DNA of 64,000 nt from Eledone cirrhosa (taxonomy: Eukaryota). The first letter of the stretch is position 1, and each line of letters opens with the position of its first letter. The stretch covers positions 286,378,001-286,442,000 of the forward strand of contig OZ024743.1 in NCBI GenBank assembly GCA_964016885.1, read 5' to 3'. The notes beneath the pieces were generated by a model. The model saw only the letters and a program-made list of their open reading frames with translations. It did not search any database and had not been told where the DNA came from. Positions 1 through 13,805 of the stretch are shown in pieces. The translations under genes and the position numbers were made by a program.

Positions 1-627
1 CATTTAGGAAGCCAAACGGGTCACAGTTTGCCCATGACTGATTTAGTTAGGTCCTATAGTTTGATTATAAACCAGTTATGGTTCCTAAAAGTAACTCTGA
101 GATTACCAAAGTTACTCAACAGTAGCAGCGATAACATGAGCTTTAAATAAATATGAGATAATCCTTATCGGATTAACACAGACTTTTATAAACTGCTTAC
201 ATGGGACTTGGTCAGAAGGGTGATTAAAATAGTTATGTTGCATAACAGTTATTACATAAGCAATTTCTGCCTCAGATCAATGCATTTTTATTACCCCCCG
301 GCAAAAATGGACACCAATTAATTCTCTTGCAATTTATTTTTATGTAAGTGTTACTATGTGGATGTTTGATGAGTAAATCGATTTAAATTTAAATTTCAGT
401 TCCGAGATCAAATATAATTGCAGATATTTTTTCTCTCAGAAACATTGGTGGCATTGGGGTTTGGAGCTTCCAAGGCAGACTATCCGATTTTTTCAGATGA
501 ATAATTAATTGGAGAATGGATATGAAACAAACGAAGTTTATTGTTTGTTTTTTTTTTCTTTTGTTTTCATTGGATTTGACTTTTGTACGCATGTGTGTGT
601 GTATGTATGTATGTATGTGTGTGTGTA

Positions 628-711
<84 letters not shown>

Positions 712-714
<3 letters not shown>

Positions 715-1516
715 TAATCTATAAAGCTCAGTGTGTGGTCATGCTCCTTCGTTATAGAAATCTACGATATAGAATTTCTTCAATTGAAATTTACAATTCA
801 GTATTAGAAATAGCTTCGATTGCGTCTTGACGCAGATAATTTTTTCAATTTCACCCACAATTACGCAAAAAATAGATAAAACTCAATATTTTACGATTTT
901 TCTCTCTCATTTAAACTGCTGAACTCTTTCTACTACCATTCAAAATCTATACAACTTCATACTTTCTGCTACTTTCTCTTTCCAAGCTTGATGGTGATAC
1001 TGTCCGTTCACACCACTCCCTACTGTCTTAAATTTAGAAAACACATATCCTCTATGAGGTTACTAAACCTGCTAGAAACAGCAGCTAACTCTCCCCCATA
1101 TCACGCCCCTCCCTACTGTCTTAAATTTAGAAAACACATATCCTCTATGAGGTCACTAAACCTGCTAGAAACAACAGCTAACTCTCCCTCATATCACAAC
1201 CCTCCCTACTGTCTTAAATTTAGAAAACACACAGACAACCATGCAGAACAACTCCATCGCAGCTCTGTTGTTCGGCTGGCATCGTCTACGCGCGTGTTAC
1301 GCAAGTACTGGGAAACAATAAATTTCAACACTTTTTTGCACAGAGATAATATCCATAGGCGAAACTACAATTGTCACTGCTGGCGCAGCTCATGCTTCCA
1401 GGTCTGCAATTCATTCACCCAGTGCCTGGCAGACAAAAAAGTGCTGCCATAAAATGGGTGGTGCAACCTAACTTTGGTAACTTAATGACCCGAGCAACGC
1501 CAGGCTTTAATGCTAG
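712..1516 (+). mobile_element. Non-autonomous Helitron with internal 93-bp tandem repeat
   Basis: Starts TC after A at the end of a (TA)n tract. Ends with a subterminal hairpin (cccgagcaacgccagg) then CTAG|T, the canonical Helitron 3' end, also seen at 28190 and 61090. Confidence 0.7.
1018..1231. repeat. 93-bp tandem repeat, about 2.3 copies
   Basis: ccctactgtcttaaatttagaaaacaca recurs at 1018, 1111 and 1204. Confidence 0.9.
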
Positions 1517-2739
1517 TATATATATATACACATATATATGTGTGTATGTGTGTGTATGTGTGTGTATTTGTGTGTGCACACACACGCATTTTTGCAAACA
1601 TGAATAGATTAGTTGGACAACAAACATCGACTTATATTTTGTCACGGCAACTATGAAGCAGCTCATCACTCAATGACCCACTTCAGCTCTCACTAAATAG
1701 ATAAAACAAGACTGGTATCAGACAACAGCAAAGTAAAAAGTACAAGCAAACCAGGGATCACTCAACTAGCTAGAAATAGCAGCGTAATTCCCCTCATTCC
1801 ACTACCTGGTTTTTTTTTAAAGAAAGGACACATAGGAGAATGTAAAAAAAAGTAAAAGGCTCTGAACTCATGATAGAATCGTAAGAGTGTCGCCATGACA
1901 AATAGCAGGTCTTAGACATTAAAAACTTTGGGGAGCTCATCCTTCTCCAGGTCTGAACATAGTCGATTTATGCCGGAGAGAAAGAGAGAGAGAGTGAATG
2001 GGAGAATGAATGAGAAAGAGCGCGCTGGACTAGTTCTTTATATTTCGACCGCGAAAGGATGAACTGCAAAGTTGACTTTGGCGCGATTTGAACTCAAAGC
2101 GCAGTGATCCGGTACAAATACTGAGGCATTTTTAATCCAGCATATCACATAAAGGAAGGGTAGATTGGACAATGTAACTCAAAACATGGAAAAAAGACGA
2201 GGTGGTCGCATTACGACTGGTAAATAAGAACTAATCTAGGGCTAAACATAATAACAAGGTGAAAATATACTTTACTGGGTTTCGAAGTAAGTTTTGAAAG
2301 CATTATGACAATAGAATAATTTTGATTGATTGGAAGGCCAAACAATGCGTAATAAAGATTTAAACGTAGTGTTTTATTCATAATTTTTTCAATCTAAAAT
2401 ACTTTTATCAGTGAATATAAGATCAGTTTTGTTTTATCTGTCAAAGTTTGAAAAAGTATAAGCTTTAATGGAAGTCATTCCCAAAGCAGTTAGATGTTGA
2501 AGGAACAGATTATAGATGGTATATCTCCATTTTTCTCCTCTAAGTGGGAAATTTAGAGTTTGAAGGATAGACACCATTTATATTACAGCATTACCGATCG
2601 CATTATTTGGATCACTACTTAAGATTATAATGAAGGGTTGGTGCGAATACCGAATTGAAGACAGCGAGTTTGGCTTTTACACCCCCACCCACCCCCTTCT
2701 TCTGGTGACCGAGTGCTGAAGCTAACGCATTGGTGTAAT

Positions 2740-3120
2740 TTAGTCGCTGGAAAACGTTCACCCGTGAAAAATTTCCCGAGATACTTGAACTTCACCTACT
2801 CCAGTGGAACTCCTTTCACATATAGATTTCACTGCGCAGGTTTCCTCGAGAGAGCAGATGCCTCAATATCCGCACCACTGATTTTTATTCCTCCCGTTCA
2901 AACCTCTACAGCAAACCTATCTAGCGCATGTCGGAGTGCAAATACCAGCCAAATGATCCTACACCTGCCAGTTTTGTTCAGCTGCGTAAATCAATCGTGT
3001 TCATGAAAAGTATGAGCATGGAGGTAACAATACTTAGTCATGGCTTAGAATGACACCCATATTGAGTAGTTTCGGCTCAACCCCATTTATTCAAACACAA
3101 ACACTTGAACTGGGATGACT
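2740..3120 (-). pseudogene. Degenerate RTE-like LINE RT fragment
   Basis: Minus-strand translation gives GVPLE*VKFKYLG. Homologous to the 7193-7570 fragment. Confidence 0.55.
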
Positions 3121-3339
3121 GCATGCAGTCTTCTATGCCATTCTGTGCGGCCTTTTGAATAAAAGATTTCCAACAGTTTTTTAATTTTTATTAATAGGTT
3201 TTTGTCTATCTTTTATTTTAATTTAAACCATAAGATGAACGTATTTTAAATACCAAAGAATAAAAGAAAATTCAACACTGACAGAGAGCCAGAATATTCG
3301 TGCAAATGCAACCCAGCACCATCAGTTTCGTAACAATCT

Positions 3340-4110
3340 AAAATTGGCCGACATGGTAGATTTGCCGTACCATTCTAAAGAGCATTGGTTATCGCAGGGA
3401 CAGATGTTAGCAAATGTTTTATCTTTAAGAGAACAAATAATTAAATTTTATGAAGAAAAGAATCAGTAATGTGAATTATTGAAAGAGAATTTCTATAGAA
3501 ATGCTGTATGTTATCATGTTAAAGCAAAATGATTTGAATATTTCTTTACAGGGGTAAAACTAAGTCTACATATGAAATGTGGCAAAAAATTCAAGCATTT
3601 CGAAAAAAACTATTTTTCATAACTCTTCTTTTTCAAAGGGAAATTCCGTAGGAACATTTCCCCCAGTAGCAAAGGCTATTGAAGTACATGAGAACTCCTG
3701 TGAATCATTTGAAGAATACGCAGCTGTTATAGACTTATTAATTAGAGAATACAATGAAAAGTTCACTGGTTTTGAGAATCATGACATCACACTCAAGTTA
3801 GCATTTCAATTTCACCTAGTTAATATCTCCAAGGATCCCAAGGAATTACAGATAGAATTGATTGAGCTCTCAGAAGATGATATTATAAAAAGAAAGAACC
3901 GATTGAGATATGGAAAAATGCAATAGAATACCCATACATTCGACAAAAATATTCTCTTGCATTTCAATCACTGGAAATCTACAAAATCAAGACGACTTTG
4001 AGATCACAAATAGCGGATGCCCATCTAGAGGTTCAGTTGAAACTTCGGATCTGTTGCAACCAAATATCAAAACGCTTACCTACAACAAGCAGTCACAACA
4101 AAGTCATTAA
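3340..4110 (+). pseudogene. hAT (SPIN/GTF2IRD2-like) transposase C-terminal remnant
   Basis: DLPYHSKEHWLSQGQML..VLSLREQI resembles DLPYHTEVRWLSRGKVL. ELQIELIEL and the terminal LQPNIKTL..KQSQQSH are typical of this family. Stops and frameshifts present. Confidence 0.75.
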
Positions 4111-6959
4111 AGGATAGTTAAAATATATATATATATAGTTTTTTTTTTGTTGTACTTCTAGTTACGACACATAAATACATACACATATATACGATGGGAT
4201 TCTGCACTTTCTGTTTATTAAATTCTACTCACAAGGCATCGGTCAACTCGATACTTATGTAAAGTGTCATACAATGGAACAGAACCTGGAACCACGTAGT
4301 TGCAGAGAAAACCACACAATCATATCAGCGCCTATTTATTGTTGTTTTTTGTTTTATTTATCTATTTTGTGTGTGTGTTATTACAGATTCGAATTTCATT
4401 TTCAAATTTTCTCTCCTAAATCTTGAGTTATAAAAACATCTTCGTTTTATCAATTTAGAATCGGGAGGAGTGCATCCCGCCTGAGGCAACGCCCCATGAG
4501 GTGGAATGACTGACATAGTGAACATCGCTGGCTGTTCTCTGAGGCCATGCTTCTGCTATCTTGTTTGCAGAGCGAAGATAAGATATACCACCCAGCCAAG
4601 GCTGTAGAGTTTACTACCCCCCTTTCCTCTTCCTCCTTTTCATTATTTGATAGTTCTATCCCTCCCCACCTTTGTTTTCTCTTTTCTCATTTTTTAAATT
4701 TATTATTTTAATCCATTTTTTAAAATAGAAAATAAATATTTTCATCATTGTGTGGTTTTGTTCAACAATAAATTTGTATTTCAGGTTTCTAACAATAAAA
4801 ACAGAAAATATAAAATAAAATAATCAATAAATAAAATTTGAGTAAGAATTCCAAATTTAGTTTCTACCACGAAGAAATTCTGGCCGAAAAGTTAAGAGGT
4901 TCGCCTTGCAATCATTAGGTTCCGGGTTCGATTCTACTGCGTGGCATCTTGACTAAGTGACGGACCCAGCATATTTATCAATGCCAGTACCAGTTGTATC
5001 TCAGCGTGCTCAATGGGCAATGTAAGATACATTAACAGAGTATACACATAGTTATTTGCCTCAACACAACACACGTAAAACGGCTGCCTATAAGGTTCCC
5101 GGACTCGAGTTTCTGCCGCACTAATGCAGCAGTAAGGTGTACTGCACCATCTGTCTGCATATATTATGCAACAATGCACAATCGGCTTATGCGGCTTCAT
5201 CGGCGGGTATCGCCTAATCAATAACCAATCGATCGACATAATCCAAACACCGGCTCATGCCGGTCATGACTGTTTGTGACAACCGACACGGTAAAGCGAT
5301 TAGCAACTGGCAACCGATATTAACCAATTCAATGTTAATGGAAGGTATACAGTGATATTCAGTGTTATATAAATGATATTGTACGTAAAGAGGTCGATAT
5401 TTCAGTCAATATTGTATTGGCTGTCCATATAATTGTATGTGTATACAGAAAATAATTGTTTAATAGAATTATAACAAACGGCATTTAACAACTAATGCAG
5501 CTATTTGTAGTACTAACGTTAGATAGTATATCTCTATAAAACGCTGAATGGTATTAATTTCTTATACCAACAAGGCTAAGATTTAATACAGATTCAAACA
5601 ATATCAAGAGAAATCAATAAGTTTATTCTTGGTCATTCTCTAAATTTCAATGTAAAGAACGAATTATAAAGCATTAAAATCTTTCACTTTTGCGAACAGT
5701 TTTTATCTTTGTTGAGTGGGGCAGGGACTGGCCTTGAATTACCAATATTCACGGCATCGCGCTAACATGTCTGACAAATGAATTGACTATCTAATGACCA
5801 TTTTCTTCGGTTTAGTGACATAAGTCGATTTTATCTCCAAAAAAGGTTAACTATACCCCTTTAAGTATAATATATTATATATATTATATAACACTTTACG
5901 TGGTCAATGCTCCAGATAAGATACGGTAGATTTTTGGAATAGTACATTAAAAACCCCTTCGGTTCCCTCAAAGGCAACCAGCCCAAGTAAGGTGTTTTTG
6001 TGGAAGACCAGCAGTTGCCTATGCATGCCGGTCTCCCCTCCATGTTACTTATGTTGTCCAAGGGAAAGGCAAATGCTACATATTGACACCAGTGATGTAG
6101 CAACTCATTTCTATAGCTGAGTGAACTGAAGCGACGTGAAATAAATTGTCTTGCTTAAGAACACAACGCAAGAAATAATTTAATTTTTTTTTTCTACAGA
6201 TTATTACTGCGCAATTTTTAACGATAGAAGTAATGAATTTTGAGATATACACATGTGTATATAAATTGTCGTATATAAATTAGTTCCTTCAGCCTTGTTG
6301 CACGAAACCACAACATAACATTCACGGTATAAGCGGCCTATATTTAGTCTTGTGAAAATAGGCATACTTTTTTTGCTTTCTTTTTATGTGTGCCTGCTCC
6401 TGGTCTGACTATCATATTATCATGGAAACTCTATATTTAAGTTGGATGATTGTAAACCTGCTGCTTTATGTTGTTATTTTTGCACATTGCAAGAATGGCC
6501 GGTATCTTGTTAGATATCAACGTAACGAAATCTATGTTGTGAACATTACCTTTCACATTTATATTTCATACTTAATATACTTCACCCCAAAAGCTAGTAC
6601 TAACCACACTTAGCGACTCTTTCGCTCCATCCCACATCCTAAGGACAATGACGAAGATGGTTACTGCACATGTAAAAGAAAATTTAAAATACTAGTAATT
6701 TACGGAAAACTAATTTTTCAATATGTGGCATTTGACACATTTAGGAAGCTGGGCCGCTGACAACGAGGTTCTTGTCATTGTTAGGTGATGCCCACGAGGG
6801 TGCTTGGTTATTCCAGCGTCTTATCCTCGCTATCACACATGACAATGTTACAGGTCTGTTGGCCTCAAAGATTATTAAAAGGAAACTCTGGCGCCCCATG
6901 TTGTGATGAGTGCATATCTTCTGCTATGTATCTGGCAAAGAGATGTAGTCGAGTTAAAG

Positions 6960-7575
6960 CTAGCTGATGAACAGCACAGCCGACCAAATATTCACACTGT
7001 GGCAGGTCTTTGAGGAATCGTGGAAGTACTGCTATGAGGTGTATTCTTGCTTCGGAGACCTCGAAAGGGCATACGACCGCATTTAACAAGGCCTGCTGTG
7101 GAAGGTTCTGCAGGATAATGGGATCGATAGACAGCTTCTTGTTGCCCATATGTCTCTATACGAATATCTGAGTATTTGTGTTCGGATAAATAGTGCTAAA
7201 TCGAAACCATTCAATCTCTCTCCTGTTCCTAACCTTCATGAACAGGATTGACATGCGCAGCCGGGTTGGAAGTGAAATCATGACTGGTGGGTGTAGGATC
7301 AGTCGATTGAAATTTGCAGACAACATGGTATTACTTAACTCATCAGAAGACGATCTCCGACATGCACATAATAGGTTTGATGTTGAGTGTTGCGCAGCTG
7401 TAGTGAAAATCAGTGCTGCGAAAACTGAGACACTCGTCATATCAAGGAAGCCTACACTGTGCACTCTACATGTGAGTGGAGTTCCAGTGAAGCAGGTGGG
7501 TAAGTTCAAGTATCCTGGAGCCGTATTTACGAGTGATAGAAGACAAGAAGCTGAACTAAGTGCAAGAATTACAGG
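6960..7575 (+). pseudogene. RTE-like LINE reverse transcriptase fragment
   Basis: DLERAYDR, LKFADNMVLL (YADD-type motif) and VGKFKYPG...ELSARI. Frameshifted. Confidence 0.8.
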
Positions 7576-7748
7576 ATGGGATGCATTATTTTTTTCAATT
7601 TACAGGGAAATACAGATATTTGGTATGTTCACATGTCCATATACTAAAAATATGTCAATTATACAAATTCACGCAGTTTCGGTTACTTCCATTCTGTATA
7701 TGTACAGATATAACTTTATCATGTGCGTCGGTTGTGCTCAGCGCACAA

Positions 7749-7825
<77 letters not shown>

Positions 7826-7867
7826 GTGTGTGTGTATGTATGTGTGAGTGCACGGTAAGTGTGTGTG

Positions 7868-7908
<41 letters not shown>

Positions 7909-8189
7909 AAGAAAAGGAGGGTAATGAAAAAGTCAGGAGAGGGCCGAGGCACTTAAAGAAAATATAGTAACTAATTTCTTTTACACACACATACATCCAA
8001 AAGTACACAGGCACCGATATATGACATCTGAAGAATTGAAGTGTCATCGTGAAGAGAAAAGATATTTGACAGATAAAATATATTTGAAGTACTTTACTGA
8101 TTGGAATTCTGCCATACTTATAAGCGCTGCCTGCAATGTCATTTAAAACCAACTTAAGAAAAAAGTTTGCTAGAAATATGTAGGTGAGG

Positions 8190-9134
8190 TATGATGACAA
8201 GAAAGCCTCCGAATCCGTTTGACACTCGACTCTGTGGAGGGTACAGATGAAGATGGAAGTGAACGGTGCTGTAGTTAACCTACTAAAGAAACTGTACAGT
8301 GAGCAGTGTTCAGTTGGAGGACCATCTGACGAAGTGGTTTTCCATCCGGAAGAGGCAATGCGATACTCAGCAGACGATTTATCTTGGATAAATCAACAAC
8401 TTTTGCTTGATGATATCGTGTTGACAGCAACATCACTGGGAACATTCCAAACACTGCTTGACGAGGTTGAAAGGATTTCTGGTGAGTATCAGCTGGAGAT
8501 CGACATCAAGAAGACGAGAATCATGACAGCCACTAAAACCGGTGCAACTGGGCAGTCAGTGTCGAGGAGTCACGCTAGTTTAAGTGGAAAAATTCAAATA
8601 CCAGGAAATCATCATTGATCAAAGAGCGAATGGTAGACATGAAATCAAGGCTCGGTTAGGGGTAGTAAGATCTGCATTTAGGTTCCTCAACTCCATATAG
8701 AAAGACCGCGCTATCCACAAGAGGAACAAATTGAAGCTTCTAAAGACCCTAGTGTGGCCGATGGCATTATATTGCTGCGAAAACTGTACACTGAAAACGA
8801 CCAATGTTAACAAACTGATGTCGTTTGAAATAACATTTTACATGGGGGCACTGGCATCAACTGGATGGACCACAAAACTAAAGGGTCAGTCCTAGAGGAG
8901 GCGAGAATAGTGAGGCAGATGGTCGCAACTATAAGGAATCGACAGCTACAATACTTTGGCCATGTCATCAGGGTCCAAAACCTTTGCATTCACATCCTCG
9001 AGAGACACTTCGATGACAGAAGATCGAAAGGGAAACCAAAGAGACGGTGGAGTGATGACATCAAAGAATGGACGGGAAGAATGCTGGCTGAGCGAAGAAC
9101 AATGATGCAATTTTCCATTGTCTTCCACCCTTAG
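8190..9134 (+). pseudogene. RTE (BovB-like) LINE RT and C-terminal fragment
   Basis: LLLDDIVL, IDIKKTRIM, IRNRQLQYFGHVIR and RSKGKPKRRWSDDIKEW. Multiple frameshifts. Confidence 0.8.
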
Positions 9135-9789
9135 TAATGGGGATAGAAAATGAAGAAAATGAAGGAAAAGAATGCATTCACATTCTAATTTCAAACTTCA
9201 GAAAGTACATCGGTGAATACATTTTCTGCAGTTTGAAGTTATAGACTATTAATTTAATAATAATTATCCTAAATTGTGACATGAAACATGGTTAGGGTGT
9301 TGGGCTCACGATCATAAGACCATGCGTTTGATTCTTGGGCAGATAGCATCAGCAGTGAAAAGATCAGTGGAAATATTGTTTCCTTGGTTCAATTTGACGA
9401 TCGGCTCCTTTCCTTTCTTTGTGATAAGTGCCGTAGAGTAAGTAATAAGTAAAGCTCTCGTGGAGTTAAGATAATATAGTTAGATTACAATTTAAATCGG
9501 TTCACTTTACTTAGACCGCGAAAATCTGAACTTGTACAAAAAGATAACACATCATTGACTTTCTAAAGTAAATAATATCGATTTCTACCTTTATAATCCC
9601 ATAATTAAATTCTTGTTTTTATTTTATTTATTATTTAATGTTTTTCTATCTAGTTTTTGTATAAAATAATGCTGTGAAATCTTGATATTATATGATTTAC
9701 TAACTGGAGAAAAACCTAAGGTAACTGTGAGTCGTGACCACGATTAAAACTAAATCGCTTCTATTACTTATTGGGGTATGAAGAGTAGT

Positions 9790-10085
9790 AGAGGCGCATG
9801 GCTTTGTGGGTAGGGTGTTCGGTCCATGACCTTAAGATCATGAGTTCGATTTCCGGCGGCACGTTGTGCCCTTGAGCAAGGCGCTTTATTTCACGTTGCT
9901 TCAGTTCACGAAGCTGGCAAAAATGAATATGTACAAAGGGTCAGTGTTGTCGCACGCTGAATCTCCCTGAGAACTATGTTAAGAGTACACGTGCCTATGC
10001 TCAGTCATGTGCACGTTCATTTCAAGAGCAGGTTGTTCTGTTGATCGTATTATATGGAAAACTCGTCGACGTAACCGGCGGAGGG
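9790..10085 (+). mobile_element. tRNA-derived SINE
   Basis: A-box-like tggctttgtggg, B-box gagttcgatttcc, then cttgagcaaggcgctttatttcacgttgct body. A related minus copy lies at about 6000-6170. Confidence 0.65.
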
Positions 10086-10340
10086 ACAATCATCTATGGG
10101 CATCATTCAATCAATATCAGTTCATTGTTACGTAGTATTAATTCTTAAATTTGTCATGTTTTGTCTAAATATATATCTGCGGCGGGTGGTGGTAAGTCAA
10201 TAACGAACATCCAGTTCATTAGTTCTTGACACTCCTATTCTCGAATATATATGTATATTTGTTCGTACTGCCTTGTGCCCAAAGATATATATATATATAT
10301 TTGTTCGTACTGCCTCTCTGTTTTGTTCCCGTTCCATTTT

Positions 10341-10399
<59 letters not shown>

Positions 10400-10405
<6 letters not shown>

Positions 10406-11022
10406 ATACTTTGGGAGGGTCATGTTGCCAATAAGAAACACACGCACCAGTTGCTTTCACTTCAATTTATTATAAATTAAATTTATAAATTTAGGAATTT
10501 ATAAATTTCCGGTTGGTTGGTTGGTTCCACAATCAGACGATTGTTTATATATTGTCAAAGTTTTTTCGTCACACATTCTGTGACCTCTTCAGTGACTGGG
10601 GATTCTTTTCTTTGTTTTTGTGCCTCTCTTTTGTTCTGTCCTACGCCATCTTGTTTTTGTGTGTGTTGTGTGCTTAGTTTGCGCATATGTTACATCCGGG
10701 TGTCTGTGTGTGTTTTTATTTGTTTATTTATTTGTTTATTTACATGTTACTGGTTGGTTGTTTGTTCTATGTGCGTGTGTTTTCATTTTGTCCTTAATTG
10801 TAATTTGTGATGTTGCTATTCCATTCATGCTTTCTATTTAATTTTGGTTGGAGTTCAATTATGTTTATTGCCTCTGTGATTTGTCTAAACATTGCGTCTT
10901 TTCTGTGTGTAGATTCTATTTTTATTTCTATGTTCTCTAATTTACCCTTATGTTCTATTTTAGCATGTTGGTAGAGTACAGATTATTCTTTACTATCTTG
11001 AAGCTCTCGCCAGTGTTCATTT
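10400..11022 (-). mobile_element. Penelope-like element 3' fragment (copy 1: GIY-YIG end plus pLTR)
   Basis: About 620-bp direct repeat of 11387-12011. Encodes the GIY-YIG C-terminus on the minus strand and abuts (TA)n. Confidence 0.8.
10554..10596 (-). ncRNA. Minimal type I hammerhead ribozyme motif in pLTR
   Basis: Minus strand reads GTCA CTGAAGA G GTCACA gaatg TGTGAC GAAA aaa CTT TGAC: intact core, 6-bp stem II, stem I GTCA/TGAC. Confidence 0.7.
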
Positions 11023-11331
11023 GAAAACAGCTGATGATATGCATGTAAGTAAATATTCTCTTAATCTGATATTTTGTAACTAACCTTACATAGATCAATG
11101 ACGAAGTATAGCTACAATGTATTATCATCACCTAGAAACGATCGTAAAGCAGTGAAGTATATCTCTAATGACTTGATTTTTTATTTCATTGTTTTAACTT
11201 ATATCATGACTCTGTTTTCCTTTTAATGTTTTATTGTTTTCTGGGATTTATCTTAACCTACAACATTTTCAACATATGGATTACATTGAGTTCTTCATGC
11301 AGAATAGACCCCACAACTTACCGTGGATATC

Positions 11332-11392
<61 letters not shown>

Positions 11393-11538
11393 ATACTTTG
11401 GGAGAGTCATGTTGCCAATAAGAAACACACGCACCAGTTGCTTTCACTTCAATTTATTATAATAAATTTATAAATTTAGGAATTTATAAATTTCCGGTTG
11501 GTTGGTTGGTTCCACAACCAGATGGTTGTTTATATATT

Positions 11539-11581
11539 TTCAAAGTTCTTTCGTCACACATTCTGTGACCTCTTCAGTGAC
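11539..11581 (-). ncRNA. Minimal type I hammerhead ribozyme motif (second copy)
   Basis: Minus strand reads GTCA CTGAAGA G GTCACA gaatg TGTGAC GAAA G aa C TT TGAA. Confidence 0.7.
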
Positions 11582-11782
11582 TGGGGATTCTTTTCTTTGT
11601 TTTTGTGCCTCTCCTTTGTTCTGTCCTACGCCATCTTGTTTCTGTGTGTGTGTTGTGTGCTCAGTCTGCGCATGCGCCACATCCGGGTGTCTGTGTGTGT
11701 TTATATTCGTTTATTTATTTGTTTATTTACATGTTACAGGTTGGTTGTTTGTTCTATGTGCGTGTATGTTTTCATTTTGTCC

Positions 11783-12130
11783 TTAATTGTAAGTTGTGAT
11801 GTTGCTGTTCCACTCATGTTTTCTATTTAATTTTGGTTGTAATTCTTTTATGTTTATTGCCTCTGTGATTTGTCTAAACATTGCGTCTTTTCTGTGTGTA
11901 GATTCTATTTTTATTTCTATGTTCTCTAATTTACCCTTATGTTCTATTTTAGCATGTTGGTAGAGTACAGATAATTCTTTACTATCTTGAAGGTCTCGCC
12001 AGTGTTCATTTATCCGTTCCCCTACACTACGAGCTGTCTCACCTATGTACACTATATTTTTGTCTCTACATTGTCCTTCAGTACATCTTATGCTATATAC
12101 TACATTTCTAGTTTTACAGTTAATATGGGC
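11783..12130 (-). pseudogene. GIY-YIG endonuclease domain of a Penelope-like element
   Basis: INCKTRNVVYSIRC..C....VYIGETARSVGERINEH...LYQH...H...RQITEAINIKELQPKLN; C-terminal position in the ORF. Confidence 0.9.
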
Positions 12131-12213
12131 AACATGACCCTCCCAAAGTATAACAATATCGGTTTCAACACACGTTTTCAGATAAAGAATCTTGCTAAAC
12201 AAATTCAGAAACG

Positions 12214-12257
<44 letters not shown>

Positions 12258-12779
12258 AAGTTGCTGAGTTGGCATAAACATTCTGTGTTAAAACTCCGCC
12301 TGAATAGATTTAGTATAATATCTCTCTATGTGTATGAAATATGTGCTCGTAATATATTAAGGTTGGTTCATCCGATTGTATACAGTTCTTCACATAAATT
12401 GGTCCAGTACCTAATCAAGATAAATTAACATTCATTTATTTGCGAAATCAACATGCTGGTTTAATTTAATTGATATTTTGTTAGTATTCAGTTCACAAAA
12501 ACTTTCTCTGAGCGTGTTTGGACGAACATATTGCATCGTTGCCAAGTTTGAGATTATGAAAGTGTAAATGCTGCTCTATGGTTTATTTCAGGGACCATAT
12601 TGAGTTTCTTATGTAAATGCCTTTTGCGTGAAACTTGGTTATGGTGATACTCTTCTAACAGCTTAGATATTACGCCACCATCTGAAATTATATACAAACC
12701 CACCCCGATTTCCTCTATGTGTACTATAGACAATTAAATAATCATATTTTAGCAGTTAGTAGAAATTATACTTACCAGT

Positions 12780-13135
12780 TATGGCTGAGTGGTTGAGGAG
12801 TTCGCTTCCCAACCTTTTGGTACTGGGTTCAGTCCCGCTGCATGACACCTTGGGCAAGTGTTTTTTACTATAGCTTCGAGTTGACTAATGCTTTGTGAGT
12901 GGGATTTGCTAGACAGAAACTGCAGAAGCCCGTCGTATTCATGTATATATGTATTTTTATGTGTGAGTGTGTTTCCGTGTCTGTGTTTATGTCCCATAAC
13001 ATAGCGGTGTGACAAAAAAAGGGATCGATAAAATAAATGTCAGACATGAAAAAATAAATACTGGGGAGGTTGATTTCATCGATTAAATCAAGGTATTACC
13101 CCAACATGGCCGCAATCTACTGACTTAAACAACAA
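12780..13135 (+). mobile_element. tRNA-derived SINE
   Basis: A box tggctgagtgg and B box gggttcagtccc, followed by accttgggcaagtg body. Related copies at about 4880, 20100 and 33600-33760 (minus). Confidence 0.7.
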
Positions 13136-13469
13136 TAATAAAAAAAGAGAGAATATAATTATCAAAATAATACACAGTAGAGTAGAAACTGTAGAATGAC
13201 ACAAAAAGTTGCCATCATTACATACTTTTCATAGTCTGAGGTTTTGAGTTGAAATTGCTTCGATGTTAACTTTCCATTTGATCTTTCCAGTATAATAAAA
13301 TCAGTACTAGATATTTGTATCTTTATTCTGAAGTTTTGTGATTAACTTGTGGTTAACTTCTGTGGCTCCGGAACACGGAATTTTAGGGTTGAATGTATTG
13401 AGCCTCGGCAATCCTCGTCCTAAAAAGATGTGCTAGATCCTGTGTGCCAGATATGCTACCATTATTATG

Positions 13470-13805
13470 AGGGTTGGACGCCATCCTTTCTAGCATAGTT
13501 ACGTCCCTTTACAGTCTGAGTTAAAATCCCGCCGAGGTTAACTTTACCTTTCATCCTTACGGGGTCGATAAAATAAAGTACCAGTAATGTACTGGGTAAT
13601 TGCTGGCCTTGTGCCTAAAGTAGAAACAATTATTATATTCCCGGTAGAGGGTCGGAAGCCATGGGTTGCGGCATAGAGTTTCGCCCCTTTACGGTATGAG
13701 TTCAAAACTTTGCCTTTCATCCTTCCGGGGTCGATAAAATAAAGCACCAGTAATGCACTGAGATAATTGCTGGCCTTGTGCCAAAAGTAGAAACAATTAT
13801 TATAT
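13470..13805 (+). mobile_element. Tandem pair of SINE copies
   Basis: Two successive copies of ...ctttcatcctt.cggggtcgataaaataaag.accag...ggccttgtgcc.aaagtagaaacaattatt. Confidence 0.85.

Larger units (their letters stand above)
11387..12158 (-). mobile_element. Penelope-like element (Neptune-type) 5'-truncated copy with short inverted end
   Basis: Contains the GIY-YIG ORF. About 30 bp at 11387-11416 is inverted at about 12129-12158 (ttgttatactttggga.g.gtcatgttgcc). Flanked by (TA)n. Confidence 0.85.

Noticed and set aside
5032-5864. Possible Kolobok-type element bounded by TTAA
   Set aside because: The terminal inverted match is weak (cagagtata versus aggggtata).
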